DNA of 64,000 nt from Pocillopora damicornis (Eukaryota): positions 868,001-932,000 of the forward strand of contig NW_020846357.1 in the NCBI RefSeq assembly GCF_003704095.1. The letters are read 5' to 3'. A program made the translations under genes and the position numbers. How positions within the stretch are numbered: position 1 is the stretch's first letter; each line of letters begins with the position of its first letter. This document shows, piece after piece, positions 1 through 32,311 of the stretch. Under the pieces are notes generated by a model, which worked only from the letters and a program-made list of their open reading frames with translations, was not told the origin of the DNA and did not search any database.

Positions 1-348
1 AAAAAACCAGAACTTTCCATGTTTTGCTGCTATCAATTATTCCCTAATAAAGAGGCTCACCAGTCTTTTCCAAATTTCGTACCCGCGCACGTCTCGACAC
101 AAATTGGGTACGAATCACGAACTGACTGAGTAAGAGTCGTCCGTGAGCACGAAACGACTTACAATGCCACTCGCGTGTAATGCGACTCACGTGCAATGCC
201 ACTCACGCGTAATAAGAACTACACGCGCTATATGACCGTGTTTTTCAATGCATACGGTAACTGTAAGATCGTACAGGAAACTGTGATTCAAAATACACAG
301 TATACTAATTGTACGCTTACATTAGAAAATTAAATTTTGTTTAATTAC

Positions 349-3300
349 CTGTTGCATCTCTGTAAAGACTTGCAGTGACTCGTCAAATACCCGTGTTTTC
401 TTCCCAGTTAAAAATCTGAACACTCTTACCTTTAGAGACAAAATAAGACAAAATGATCCCGGTGAACAAAACGTCTTGGAGTCATAAGGTATACAGAGGG
501 CAAATTGCCTTGGGTGACACTAAGTTCAAATTTATCTTTAGTTCTACGGGCTCAAACTTGAATTACAGCTGATAAACAGATCCACCTTCATATTCCTCAA
601 GGAAGAACATAGGCTTGATTGGAGTAAAGGAGGGGTGGGTTTTTTTTTTTTTTCGGATTATGTTTAGGTCAAAATTTTGGAAGATAAATACGCTCCAGTA
701 TTATTGGCTCACTTTTATTTCATCTAGTATTCAGACAAATGCACATACCTTTCTGTCCATCGCTAGCGTGGCAAATAATTTTCCATCTGGTGAGAATGCT
801 AAAGATATGGGAAACGTCTTGCACTGAAAAAATTAAAAAAATGTATCTTCATAAAATGGTTCCTAACAACGAACAGCTCACCTTGAAATGCAAAAAAAGC
901 CATGCATTCACCCACATGTACATATAGAGTTCACTGAGCTTGTTACAAATTCTCTTCTCTGGCTAACCTACCAGTATGTACAGATGCTCCTTACCCTTAG
1001 CGACCAAGACAGAATTTCTCCTTACAATGTCAATACAATATCAAGCAGACAAGTGATGAGAAAAAGAAAAATATCAATAAGGGGATTATGATCCAACACT
1101 AAATTCTCCAAACTAACATTACAAGAAATGTATGGCAGACAGTAAGGAGAATTACTAATGCGATCTTGGGAGTTTAAGGGTTAAAAAATTGAGGTGAGTA
1201 TGATGGAAGTGAGTTTCATGCCAAATTTGAATCACATACATGGATGCCAGAAAACCATTCATCAGTATTTTAACTATTCAGCCACAAGTTATTAACTAAA
1301 AACAACTAATTTCACATGAAATTCTGAGCTGCATCAAAGGTATTTTAGCCTACTACCAGTTTGTCTTCTCTTCCACTCCTCCACTCACCATAATAAATTC
1401 AAAGAGGTCTGTATCTGTCTTAAATTCAAAGTTGACATTTTTGGGGAACTGTACATCATGTTTGATACCAGACCAGTACTCAATCATGCCTGCCTCATCT
1501 GCTGACACAGCCACATCATAAACAGCATTGTACTGTTGAAAGAAAAAAAATATATCAAATTCCATCATTAACAAGATCCTTTTTGGAAGACAAGATGGTA
1601 GACTAAAAACATTATCCCTTTAACCCCTGAGGGTGATTGACATCTAATTTCTCCTTACAATTTTGCCCTTGAATTACAAATTAAGGTCATGAGAATAAAC
1701 TAAATGACCAGCAACTAAAGAAGCTCTTGATTATTAATCAAATTCTCCTTAGAAGAACCTAGGAAATGTATACAGAATAGTATGGAGAATATGCATACTG
1801 ATGTTAGGGTACAAAAGGTTAAAATACCTTGATAAATGTGATTGGTTTTGTGTGAAGATTTACTGTGTGAAGGGGTGTGCTGCTCCCTCTTCCATCATAA
1901 ACATGAATCATTCCAGTCTCTTTCTCTGAGCTGAGAGAAAAATAATTCTGTAGATTTGAGACACGAAGCTAAGAATCTAAATACTTTAGGTAACTTTCGA
2001 GAACTATACCGAGAAACACCCTGTTCCTTTAGTTAGCATGCTAGGTGCGGATCAAAATGTCCATGTTTAAGCCTTGCCTGGGTTATCGAGATGCATTCTT
2101 GAGCAAGAAATTTTAGTCTCACAGTGCCTCTCTACATTTAGGAAAGAGTAATATGAAACTGTCAAGGGAATTTTCACATCTGCTCAGGGCTACCTGTAGT
2201 TAATTACCAGTTTGTATCCAAAGGAGAGGGGGAACAGTGGCATTACCCTAATTCACTTGGATCAATGTCGGTACCTGAGCAACTACCCACCCACCCCTTC
2301 CCTGACCAAACAACAGTCAACTGATAACAAGTTAGGATTGTTGAAGGTTAAGGTCAAGGTTAAGCATGCATAACAGAACAATTTTAGGATTCCATCCTCT
2401 CAAGACAGCAAGAATTACGCTGTACTTGGATGTAGGCCTTGTTGTGTGCCATCTTCCTCAGCCTTTGGCTTCAGCTGATAACACAAACATCAGCCTTGAT
2501 AATCCTTGCTTTAATATTCAACCTTATTAGATAATTGTCAGTTATCATGACAGCTAATTCCGCACCATGCAACAGCAGCCACTGCAGCTCCAGGTGGGAA
2601 AATCCATTCACATCGCCCAGGTTCATAATTTAGTCTTAACATGTTGATCATATCTGAGAAAGATAAAAAAAGAATCTTCAGTTTACCATTTCATCCCTAA
2701 TCATTATCTGCCATACAATTCTTATCATGTTGGTTTGTAGAAGTTGGTATTGGATCAACTAATAATCCTTGAATTGAAATTTTTCTTTATTCTCATCACT
2801 TGATATTGTCTTTAGTTGAGACCATAAGGAGAAATTCTGTCTTGGTCACTTATAGGAGCTTAAGGGTTAACTCTCTAACTCCCAAGATCTCATTAGTAAT
2901 TCTCCTTACTATCTGCTCTGTAGTTCTTGCTATGTTGGTTCGGAGAATTTGGTATTAGATCAACTTATAATCCCCTAATAAGGATCAATATTTTTCTACA
3001 TTCTCATCACTTGTCTGCTTGATATTGTATTGGTATTGTAAGGAGAAATTTTGCCTTGGTCACTCGTGGGAGTTAAAGAAACATAAGACTGAAGGAGAGG
3101 AAAGAAACAGAAAGGTTTTCAAACTATTTTTCAGTATAAAGTCTAAAGTTATCTATTGTACATCTGCCACAAATGGAAACAGAACAAGCGAGCAAACAAC
3201 CAAAGATTTAAAGATATACTTCAGCTTTAACCATATTCCATATCATGAAGGTTCATTGGTTTCTAGGGTATTATAAAAATGAAAACAGTCCTTGCATTTC

Positions 3301-5702
3301 CTCTCTATAGTACTGTGGTTCACATCAAGAATATTAAAGACTTTAACTCCCAGAAGTGATCAACATGTACCTTCTTCCTATGATGATTCCCTTCATAATC
3401 GCACAAACGGGTAATGAGAATACTCAAACTAATCAGGTAAAAGTTGTTTTCTTGATTTAACACCAAATTCTTATAATAATATCACAAGGAAATGTGTAGC
3501 AGCTAGAGGGAAGAATCAACAATCAGATCTGGGAGTTAACCCTTCACACCCCAACATCAGTATGCATATTCTCCATACTGTTCTCTATACATTCCCTAGG
3601 GTGCTGACAAGGAGAATCTGTGTAACAATCAACAACTTCTTTAGCTGTTGATAATTTTCTTTACTCTCATAACCATACTGCATGATTCAGGGGTGATATT
3701 GTAAGGAGAAATTAGATATTAGTCTCTTTCAGGGGTTAAAGGGTTAAAGGTTTAATAAGCCTTTAAGATAGTTGCCTGCTAGCTTTTAGTTTTAAAATTC
3801 TGGCCACCAACAGTCGATTTTTTTAGTTACAACCTTTAGATCCAAATAAAAACAATTAGTGTATATAGCTTCTTTATGAATGATGATGTAAAGAATGTAT
3901 TTTCCAAGCTCACCAAAGTTGACGACATCAAACACTTTCAGTGATTTATCCTCAGCTGTGGAACACATGATCTGTCCGTCAGCACTTGCCGCAATACAAT
4001 GAATCATTCCTGTATTGAAACGCGAACGTGTATTAGAGTCTGAGTGTTAGTTCTATGGGTTTGTGATTTCTTGAGATTCAGTGGTTCCCATTTCATTGAG
4101 GTTAATGCTTTAACTCCCAAGATCAGACTGTTGATTCTCTCCTAAAGCTGTTACCCATTTCCTTGCAAATAAGTTACAAGAATTTGGTGTCAGATCAAGA
4201 TTAAAACCTCTACCTGATAAGTTTGAGTATTCTCACTACCTATTTCCTCAATACTGTGTGGATATTATAGGGAGAAGTTACATATAAATCACTTTAGGGG
4301 GTTAAAGGGTTTAGTGTCCTGTCCACTAACATAGGAGGCTGGAAAACACAATTTTCGCATTTTACTCCCAGAAGTGATAAACATGTAACTTCTCCCAATA
4401 ACTCTCTACTATCTCCAGCAATCAGGTAACGACAATACTTAAATTTGTCAGGTTGAAGTTGCTATCTTGATCTTATGTCACCAAATCATTGTAACCAGTT
4501 TATAAGGAAATGACATTTCCTTATAAACTGGTTACAATGTGTAGCAGCTAGATGGGAAAATCAACAATCAGATCTTGGGAGGTAGAGGATTAACAACTGG
4601 GCCATAGCATATACTGTACATGTAATACTTATGATCATGACCAACGCAACTGCTCACACAGTATCCCTAAAATCTTAATCACAAATTATTTAATACAAGT
4701 AGATCTTAGAAGATCCTGACAGTAAGCATCCATAGAGCAAAGAAAGTTCATCTGTACTGTATAGCTAAGTTGCTTATCAGAAAGAAAGGATACAAAGTTT
4801 GGGTGGAATTTAAGGATTCTGTTAGGAGGTCATCACAAGCTGTTCTCTTAAAAGTTTTCAAATTAAAAATTATAGTGCTATAACCATCTAGTTAGAAACC
4901 ACACTATCTTTTACACAGCTTCAGTTCAGTTTTCAGCAGGTAGCACAAAAAAAGTATAGTTGATTACAGGGCATGAAATTGCGCCTAATACAGGCACCAA
5001 TGCGACTAAATTTTTCACTTTGGCAACCAAATCCTGAAAATTAGTCGCCAAATTGGCAACTAGAATGTTTCATCATAACCTTACTTAGAGATATAGTGAA
5101 TTAAAAAGATTTGCAAAGATAAATCCGTGGCAAACTTCCTCATTAAGTTTGTTTCCAAAGTGTAGCACATGCATCTCAATCATTGACTAGACTCCATCTT
5201 GGATTTAGGATATAGGTGAGCTTGAAGGTTATATATCTTCCATCCTAGTGTGCACCCTGTGGCAGGTTAAAGATCTTTTTCCTAACTTAATTTTGGAGGG
5301 CCTATCTAGAGCCCTGACAGCGCAAAAAAAGGTATTTTTTGTCTTTGAAAATGGCAACCAACTTTTTTTGAATTGGCTACCACTTTGAAGAATTTAGGAG
5401 CCAAGAGGCTATCAGAAAAAAAATTAATTTTACGCCCTGGATTAGATTAATTATATAAAGTATCTCATCTTTTCTCACCCATATGTGCTTTGAAGTGCTT
5501 CACAAATTCAACCCCATCATCTTGTCTTTTCCAAAACTTGATGTGTCCATCACAACTTGCCGTTATGAGAAAATCCGTTCTGTGAAGTGACGTCAAACAT
5601 GATTAACCCTCTGACCCATTAGAGTGACTGGCATCTAATTTCTCCTTACAATATTGCCCCTAGGTTCACGGTCATTTTGATACAAAGATGTCTTGATACA
5701 AA

Positions 5703-5735
<33 letters not shown>

Positions 5736-6880
5736 TGAAGTCGATTCAGCCTAGTCGCTTCATAAAATGGCTCTTTTAGGAGCTGCTGTGTCCTGCTTTC
5801 GTTGCTTTGGACTATTTCAGGTTGCTAAAAACAGCTCTTTTAGGAGCCACCACATTTGTGAAACTGGGTATTGCAACTATGTTGAACGATTGAGTTGCTT
5901 AATTAATCAAGTTGAATTTCAGCTAATTTGTTGATTAGAAAACAACAAATCACCATACATATCAAAGATGAAAACGAACACACTTATACTGAACTTTTCT
6001 CGAGTTTACTTGTGTATCAAAATGTTGATTCAATACAAACTGAAGTTCAGTTTGTATCAAATCAACTTTACATGTGTAACGAATCAACTTCCACTTGTAT
6101 CAAAACAACTTTGTATCGAAATGACTTTGTATCAAAATGACCAGACACCCTTCCTGAACCACACATTAAGTCCACCAGGATTTAAAAAATGATCACCAGC
6201 TAGAAGAATCTCTTGATTGTTAAACAAATTCCCTTTAAGTACCTTATGAGATGTGTCAAGAATAGTAAGGAGAATATGTAAACTGATGTTGGGGTGTGAA
6301 GGGTCAAAATATTTTTTTTTCTAGATCGTAACCTCAATTCCAGGATAATTAAAAGCACTTACATAGTGACAAGTATATGTGAGACGACATCACGATGCAT
6401 AAAGCTCCTCTCATAGGATTCAGCAGAAGGTAAGTTACACAGGTAAACTTCCTCAAACTCTAGGACTACAAAAGACAAAAAATAATTTTACAAGTGGTCA
6501 TGAAGCATACACCTGACAAAGTTAGATTGTCAGAGTGAAATTCAAGATCAATTTGATAGTCCCTAAGGTAATCTATAGTTTTCTCTTTGCTTCCTTTATG
6601 TTTAATGAAGTATGTAAGAGATCTTGAATAAATAAGGCTATGGGTCTACGTTCGCAATTATAGCATCTGCGTTTCTATAGCATATTCACGCATACAAATT
6701 ATTCATCTAAAAGAGCGCGAATATCCCATCGGATCATACATTACATGTACCTCTCCTTTTCTTAGCTTTAGGAGGAGGTGCTGGCATTGGACCAATCACA
6801 TCTTCTTCTCCGTCTTCTCCTTCGTCGGCGCTGTCCTCTGAAGAGTCCTTAGCACGTTTTCGCGTCTCTTCGTCCGCCAT
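349..6880 (-). CDS. PPWD1: PPWD1 (WD40-repeat cyclophilin), 5' part; gene continues past the left edge
   Basis: Nine phase-consistent GT-AG exons: 6880-6751, 6465-6363, 5579-5479, 4009-3914, 2653-2566, 1930-1828, 1532-1389, 823-749, 429-349. Translation includes [94 protein letters not shown] and [13 protein letters not shown], which are hallmark PPWD1 motifs. Confidence 0.95.
991..1184 (+). mobile_element. TTAA-flanked piggyBac-like MITE, subfamily A
   Basis: TTA(A)CCCTT..AAGGGTTAA ends; internal sequence matches copies at 15619 and 63695, and reverse copies at about 2705-3078 and 11915. Confidence 0.75.
1612..1822 (+). mobile_element. TTAA-flanked MITE, subfamily B
   Basis: CATCTAATTTCTCCTTACAAT..GGAGAATATGCATACTGATGTTAGGG core, shared with copies at 5602, 9416, 17692 and 63202. 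Confidence 0.75.
2040..2250 (+). mobile_element. Degenerate CORE-type SINE
   Basis: TTCTTGAGCAAGAAATTTTAGTCTCACAGTGCCTCTCT is CORE-like and similar to 19300-19365. Confidence 0.45.
2705..3078 (-). mobile_element. Two adjacent subfamily A MITE copies sharing a TTAA at 2867-2870
   Basis: Both are reverse complements of the 991-1184 element; junction reads AAGGG-TTAA-CTCT. Confidence 0.7.
3338..3754. mobile_element. Subfamily C MITE with a reversed subfamily B MITE inserted into its terminal TTAA
   Basis: The C copy ends GGGAG-TTAA (3536-3539), the B copy runs 3536-3747, and the C terminus then resumes (TTAA-AGGTTTAA). Confidence 0.7.
4102..4593. mobile_element. Two subfamily C MITE copies in opposite orientation (4102-4313 reverse, 4361-4593 forward)
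   Basis: CTCCCAGAAGTGAT..GTGTAGCAGCTAG..CAGATCTTGGGAG core, as at 3338 and 17402. Confidence 0.7.
4967..5439. mobile_element. Non-autonomous DNA transposon with 14-bp imperfect TIRs
   Basis: CAGGGCATGAAATT ... AATTTTACGCCCTG, with GATTA immediately flanking both ends. Confidence 0.65.
5602..6307. mobile_element. Subfamily B MITE split by a TIR element with GATACAAAGTCGTTTC subterminal repeats (about 5662-6151)
   Basis: MITE halves at 5602-5661 and 6152-6307; insert ends GGTCATTTTGATACAAAG ... CTTTGTATCAAAATGACC. Confidence 0.65.
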
Positions 6881-7280
6881 TTTGGAAATGAATGAGAAAT
6901 TTGATGGTCAGAGGCACATTTAACCAAAGTATGCGCGAGACGCAAAACAAGGCTCCCTGGGGATTCATCCGGTTGTTCTATTTTTATCCACACTTCACGT
7001 TAGTGGTAAGGATGCGAACTTCTGAGTGCCTTCTCTCGGCTCTTTGAACTCGGCTTGGATTTCTGTCTGCCAAACAATTTATTCCATTTACCATGAGCCG
7101 TTTATTGTAAACTCCGCGAGCGGCATAAATGCGGGGAAAAGAGAAACTGAAGTTTTTACAGACAGAGTCCGCGAGAACCACATGAAATGTATGTGAACAG
7201 TTTCAGTCGTGTTATGCTGAAGATAAATTTTGCTGCATCGTGGTCTGTAAACACGGACGATTGAATGGTTTTGAGGGAAG

Positions 7281-7283
<3 letters not shown>
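6874..7283. promoter_or_regulatory. Bidirectional promoter / 5'UTR region shared by PPWD1 and MAST
   Basis: Divergent ATGs 400 bp apart (6880 minus, 7281 plus). CpG-rich relative to the flanking introns. YY1-type motif CCGCCATTTT at 6874-6883 overlaps the PPWD1 start codon. Confidence 0.7.
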
Positions 7284-28112
<20,829 letters not shown>

Positions 28113-28822
28113 CGGCTGGCCGTTAATTACCAAGAATCGAACAATGGTGAGCTTCGATGGATCTCCTCGACTGGTTGGAGCAATTTTCTGTGGTTTATCT
28201 GTCGTATTCCGAAATTGCAATGGTTTTATTTCACTTTACTCTGTGATTGGTTGAAAAAAAAACTCGTGCCAACCTCTCAACCAGTCAGATGCAAAAAACC
28301 TGAATCAACTGCACCGTGGTCAAGTTCAATTTTCCGCGCTTAAGTTATTTTGGGTTCGGTTCACGACAAAAAAGTTCTCAATACCAAAAGACAGACTGCC
28401 CTGTAGATACTGTAAATACCTGTAAATAACTGAGATATGTACATAGATACAAAGACAGATACATTATGTCAATTAGTTAGCTTAGATGTTTTATTGTGTA
28501 TGAGGTGACCAAAGTCTTGTTTCGTACACGTAACAACGTGGACAAATTGATAGGTACATTGTAAAACTTTTGAGAAGCAGTCCTGCGAAAGGGGGTCACA
28601 TACTCTTTCGTCAGAATTTGCATTCGTACCTTAGATGAAAATGTCGCGGTTTCGGCGTCATGGGCTTTTCAAGGTTGTAACTAACAATCCGGGAAGTTCA
28701 ACCTCATCCTCGTTGCTTTTTGGTTTCTCAAGTAAATTATTGACATTTTTCTATATTGCTAAATGAATATGTTTGTGTTTTCCTTCACATTGAAGGTTAT
28801 TTTACGTAGCACAACAGACGAC

Positions 28823-29101
28823 GAGCAATTTTTAGTTGAGTGTCGAAAGGGATTCGGGATTGCTTTGTCTCTGGTTGACTCCGCTGTATGATTGGTTCAG
28901 AATATTCGCCCCACTCTCTTAACCAATCAGATAACATACTGAATCCTACCGCGACCACGTCACTTGTGTTTTCTCGTGCCTCAGGAAGTTTGCTTGTTTT
29001 TACTCTGTTCTTATCGTTTCTTAGTGATATTTTTCTTTATCCTGATTGAACACAGAGTGCTTGAGTGGTTTTTTGTTTTCGACACTCAATCGAAGAGCGC
29101 T
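28823..29101. mobile_element. MITE with TTGAGTGTCG..CGACACTCAA inverted ends, in the MAST 3'UTR
   Basis: Terminal inverted repeats. Partial relatives sharing GATTGG..CTCTCAACCAATC at about 21590-21730, 28178-28340 and 33230-33450 (reverse). Confidence 0.7.
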
Positions 29102-29880
29102 TAAACATTAAACAAGTAATTCATTTACCTTTAGATTACAGTGAAAACTCTCAGAGAAGAACCAGGATTTTCAAATTTTAAGTTTCCACAACGAATTAAG
29201 GTTAATAGCTTGTTGGATACGTCGTTGTTTGGTAGGAAAAAGATGGTTGTTCCAGGTTACTGCGATTCAAATTTACATCGACTGTTTCCAGGTTCTTATT
29301 TTTGAGTTTATTCCAACTGGACAATCCCGGTTTGATGTATAAGAGTTCGAAAGTTCTCGAAGAGTTTTGGAACAAACTCATTATTTTGTGTAACTAGTAT
29401 CAGGTGAAACAAGAGAGTTTAGAGGGAATTGGCGTTTGCGAGAAAAGTATCGTTACCGAATGAATAATGTGAGAGCGTCTTTGTGAAAGTTTGAAGATTT
29501 GTGCCTGAAGCATGCATGTGTGGTATATGGAGTATGTGCGTTTGAGTTTGCGTGTTTACGCTTCGTTTTCGCTTGTGTACGTATATTTTTGTCCAATCAC
29601 ATAGATTTGTGATAACCGTGCGAGGGAAGCTGGTTTTCTCTCGAGTGCCATAGCAATACAAATTCTTTCCAACCTCTCGTCGAGTTGCGCGTCCAGTGGC
29701 ATTGGCGTGGTAGATTGTGATATTAGGGGCTGGAAAAGACACTTATTTAATTTTCATTGAATGATTCTGAATGGTGTAAATGATAATAAGTGTAATGAGT
29801 GATAATTATGAAAAAGTGGAAATAAACGAAGTATAACGTATTTTGCTGAAGCTTTCTGGCCACTTACTGAAACATCGTGT

Positions 29881-30390
29881 GGGGCTTAAGCCCACTGGAA
29901 AACCATGGTACATTCTGTGATGTTTTAATATTCCTCGGGGTAATAATTATTTACTTATATTTTGGTGCAGGTAGCTAACTAGAGAGCCGTGAGATATTCC
30001 ATAACGGTTAAGTATTCCTCGGGTAATAATTATTTACATATATTTTGGGGCATGTAGCTAACTGGATATCCGTGGAACATTCCGTGATGTCTAAGTACCA
30101 CAAGTGGGTAACGATCATTAACAAAACCTTTGGGGCATCATGGGACATTCCGTGATGTCCGAATATCATTAACATAACTTTTGGGGCATGTAACTAACTG
30201 GGTATTCGTGGGACGTTCCGTGATGTCTTTAAATTACTCGGGGGTAACGATCATTAACACAAATTAAGGGGCATGTAGCTAACTGAATATCCGTCGGATG
30301 TTCCGTGATGTCTAAATACTACTCAGGAACGATCATCAAAATAAATTTAGGGACACATCGCAACCGGATATCCGTGGGACATTCGGACAT
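29881..30390 (+). repeat. Tandem repeat, about 83-bp unit, about 6 degenerate copies
   Basis: GGGGCATGTAGCTAACTGGATATCCGTGGGACATTCCGTGATGTCTAA..GGTAACGATCATTAAC recurs. Confidence 0.85.
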
Positions 30391-31174
30391 CGGTAATGTT
30401 TCACTCTTGCTTAACAAAGTGCGGGAAATTTGTTTAAAACTTTCAATAATGGTTTCTAGTGACGAAAGTTGACAAACTTTTACATTGTCACAGTCTTGAC
30501 GCTTCCTGTTCTGAAGTTTCATTGTTTTTCTTAATTGACTTTTCAATGAAGAATATTGAAGATATTTTCAAGTAGGTGATAAAAACGATCTCTTATACAA
30601 AGACTTGCACGATTTCCTCGTAATCCCATCGTTACACATTCGGGGGAACTCGAACTGAAAACTGGGCGGCGATTTCGAACCGATTTAAGTTCCTCCCGTG
30701 TTGAGACCATTTACAAACATCTAGTACACCGAAATATTGCTATTAATAGAACCTTAGGCCTTGGTGTTTGTTTCGTCACTGAGTGCTTTATTCTCTCTAT
30801 GTAAACACGTTTGAATATCAATTGTAGTTAACATGACTTAAAAGCAATTCTCGGCTGTGTGTCATTTGTTTAAATACACCACACGGCTTGTTTTGACATT
30901 ATGTATAAAATGGATGACAGGATCGCCAAAATAACTCAAACACTAAGGTACTTAGACGGTTTTCAGTAATTTTTTTCTCTTTTTTTTTTTTGTATAAAAG
31001 TTTCACAGTCTGTCTGCTTCGAAAAAAAGATCCATCTTGCAGCGGGGAAATTTCGTCCTTGAAAAAGTGCCAGCGACGGTTTTCTTTTTGTTTGTGTTTT
31101 TCTTCCTTTTTTCCTTTCTTTTGGGAAACAAAACAGTTTAATTACGTTCAAGTATAAAAACAATTGTTGCGTTT

Positions 31175-32311
31175 CTATTCCTTTCTAAATATATCGTCTA
31201 TTGTTATTTCCTGGTCTTCTTTGCGCAAATATCTACAGTTGGACAAATCATTCCAATCTTCGGCCGACTTTTCCTTCTGAGCAACTCTCTCTTCCCTCAG
31301 GGGGGAAAGCCCAGTCCCTCGGGATACTTTCCGTACCCGACCATGAGCGACACTCAATCTACGACCTCCGAGATAATCTGGGAGCGCATCGAATACGACC
31401 TCAGCATCGTGCGGGTCATGTCTCCCGGGGGGAACCCCCATCGGACTGTCTTCTCGAGTTCCCACATTAAGGATCCCCTTTTTCTGCCAGGGAAGACTCC
31501 GCTTTCTCAGTTCGCTTTGGTTTCCCGATGGAAATTCTTCGAAAATGCTCGGATTCGTTCGTATAGAAATTCTACCTCCCTCCGGTTTTTGTTGTATTTG
31601 TGAAATTCTCCGGTCTGAGCTTGGTATGCTCGAATCAACTGTTCTGATATCAGTGTTTGTTACAAATCGACCGCGAAATGCATCGTTTGTCGACCTCCTT
31701 CGCTCGCCTCGTTGTTGCTCCCTGGGAGAATATTTCGAAGGAAATGCGTTTTCAGCGCCGATTCGACTCGAGAAGACTGTTTCATTCAGTGTGCGTGAAG
31801 GAAAGCCATCTTTTTTCCATACGCTAGCCTCTTGTACTTCTGTCGTTCTCTCTTCTTTTCGTTCTTCTAACACTTTCTCTGCACTTTGCCCATCAATTAA
31901 ATCGTCTTTAGCCCTCTTGCTGTATTGCGTGTGTGAACTAGGAGGATGGGTTCCACTCCTTCGCCTAGCCACATCGACATCACCGACATCTCTCCTTTCT
32001 TCAGAAGGAACTGTATCAATTGTCGTCCTTCCCGGGCGTCTTTGAGGTTGCTCAATCAATGACGGAACATACTGTGTGTGATTTCCACCTTTGGATACTT
32101 GCAGTTCGCGTTGTAACCCGTGCAGAATTTCCTTTAACTCGCGAGTTTCATTCCTAATGCGTTTGTTAGATATCTTATATGAAGTATCGATCGCTTGTAA
32201 CTTCAGCTTCAGTTCGTTGTCTGTCTGCGAAATCTGCGAAACCCGCGTGGTGGACGCGAGAATGTTTCGTTCTTCTACAGATCGCGAAATCTTCCTGTGA
32301 TCTCTGCTCAT
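31175..32311 (-). CDS. Intronless 378-aa coiled-coil / disordered protein, possibly CCDC190-like
   Basis: Long ATG-initiated ORF. N-terminal heptads (LKLKLQAID..RNETRELKEILHGLQRE), low-complexity middle, and C-terminal CRYLR..EITIDDIF motif resembling my recollection of the CCDC190 C-terminus. Family call is tentative. Confidence 0.75.
   Translation of the reverse strand: MSRDHRKISRSVEERNILASTTRVSQISQTDNELKLKLQAIDTSYKISNKRIRNETRELKEILHGLQRELQVSKGGNHTQYVPSLIEQPQRRPGRTTIDTVPSEERRDVGDVDVARRRSGTHPPSSHTQYSKRAKDDLIDGQSAEKVLEERKEERTTEVQEASVWKKDGFPSRTLNETVFSSRIGAENAFPSKYSPREQQRGERRRSTNDAFRGRFVTNTDIRTVDSSIPSSDRRISQIQQKPEGGRISIRTNPSIFEEFPSGNQSELRKRSLPWQKKGILNVGTREDSPMGVPPGRHDPHDAEVVFDALPDYLGGRRLSVAHGRVRKVSRGTGLSPLREERVAQKEKSAEDWNDLSNCRYLRKEDQEITIDDIFRKE

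Noticed and set aside
29881-30390. CRISPR-like array
   Set aside because: Whole units repeat with decay, there are no unique spacers or cas genes, and the context is eukaryotic.
31201-32300. Plus-strand ORFs (up to 166 aa) over the 31175 gene, and antisense ORFs over MAST, Tctex and GPCR exons
   Set aside because: Shadow frames of real coding sequence with no recognisable motifs.
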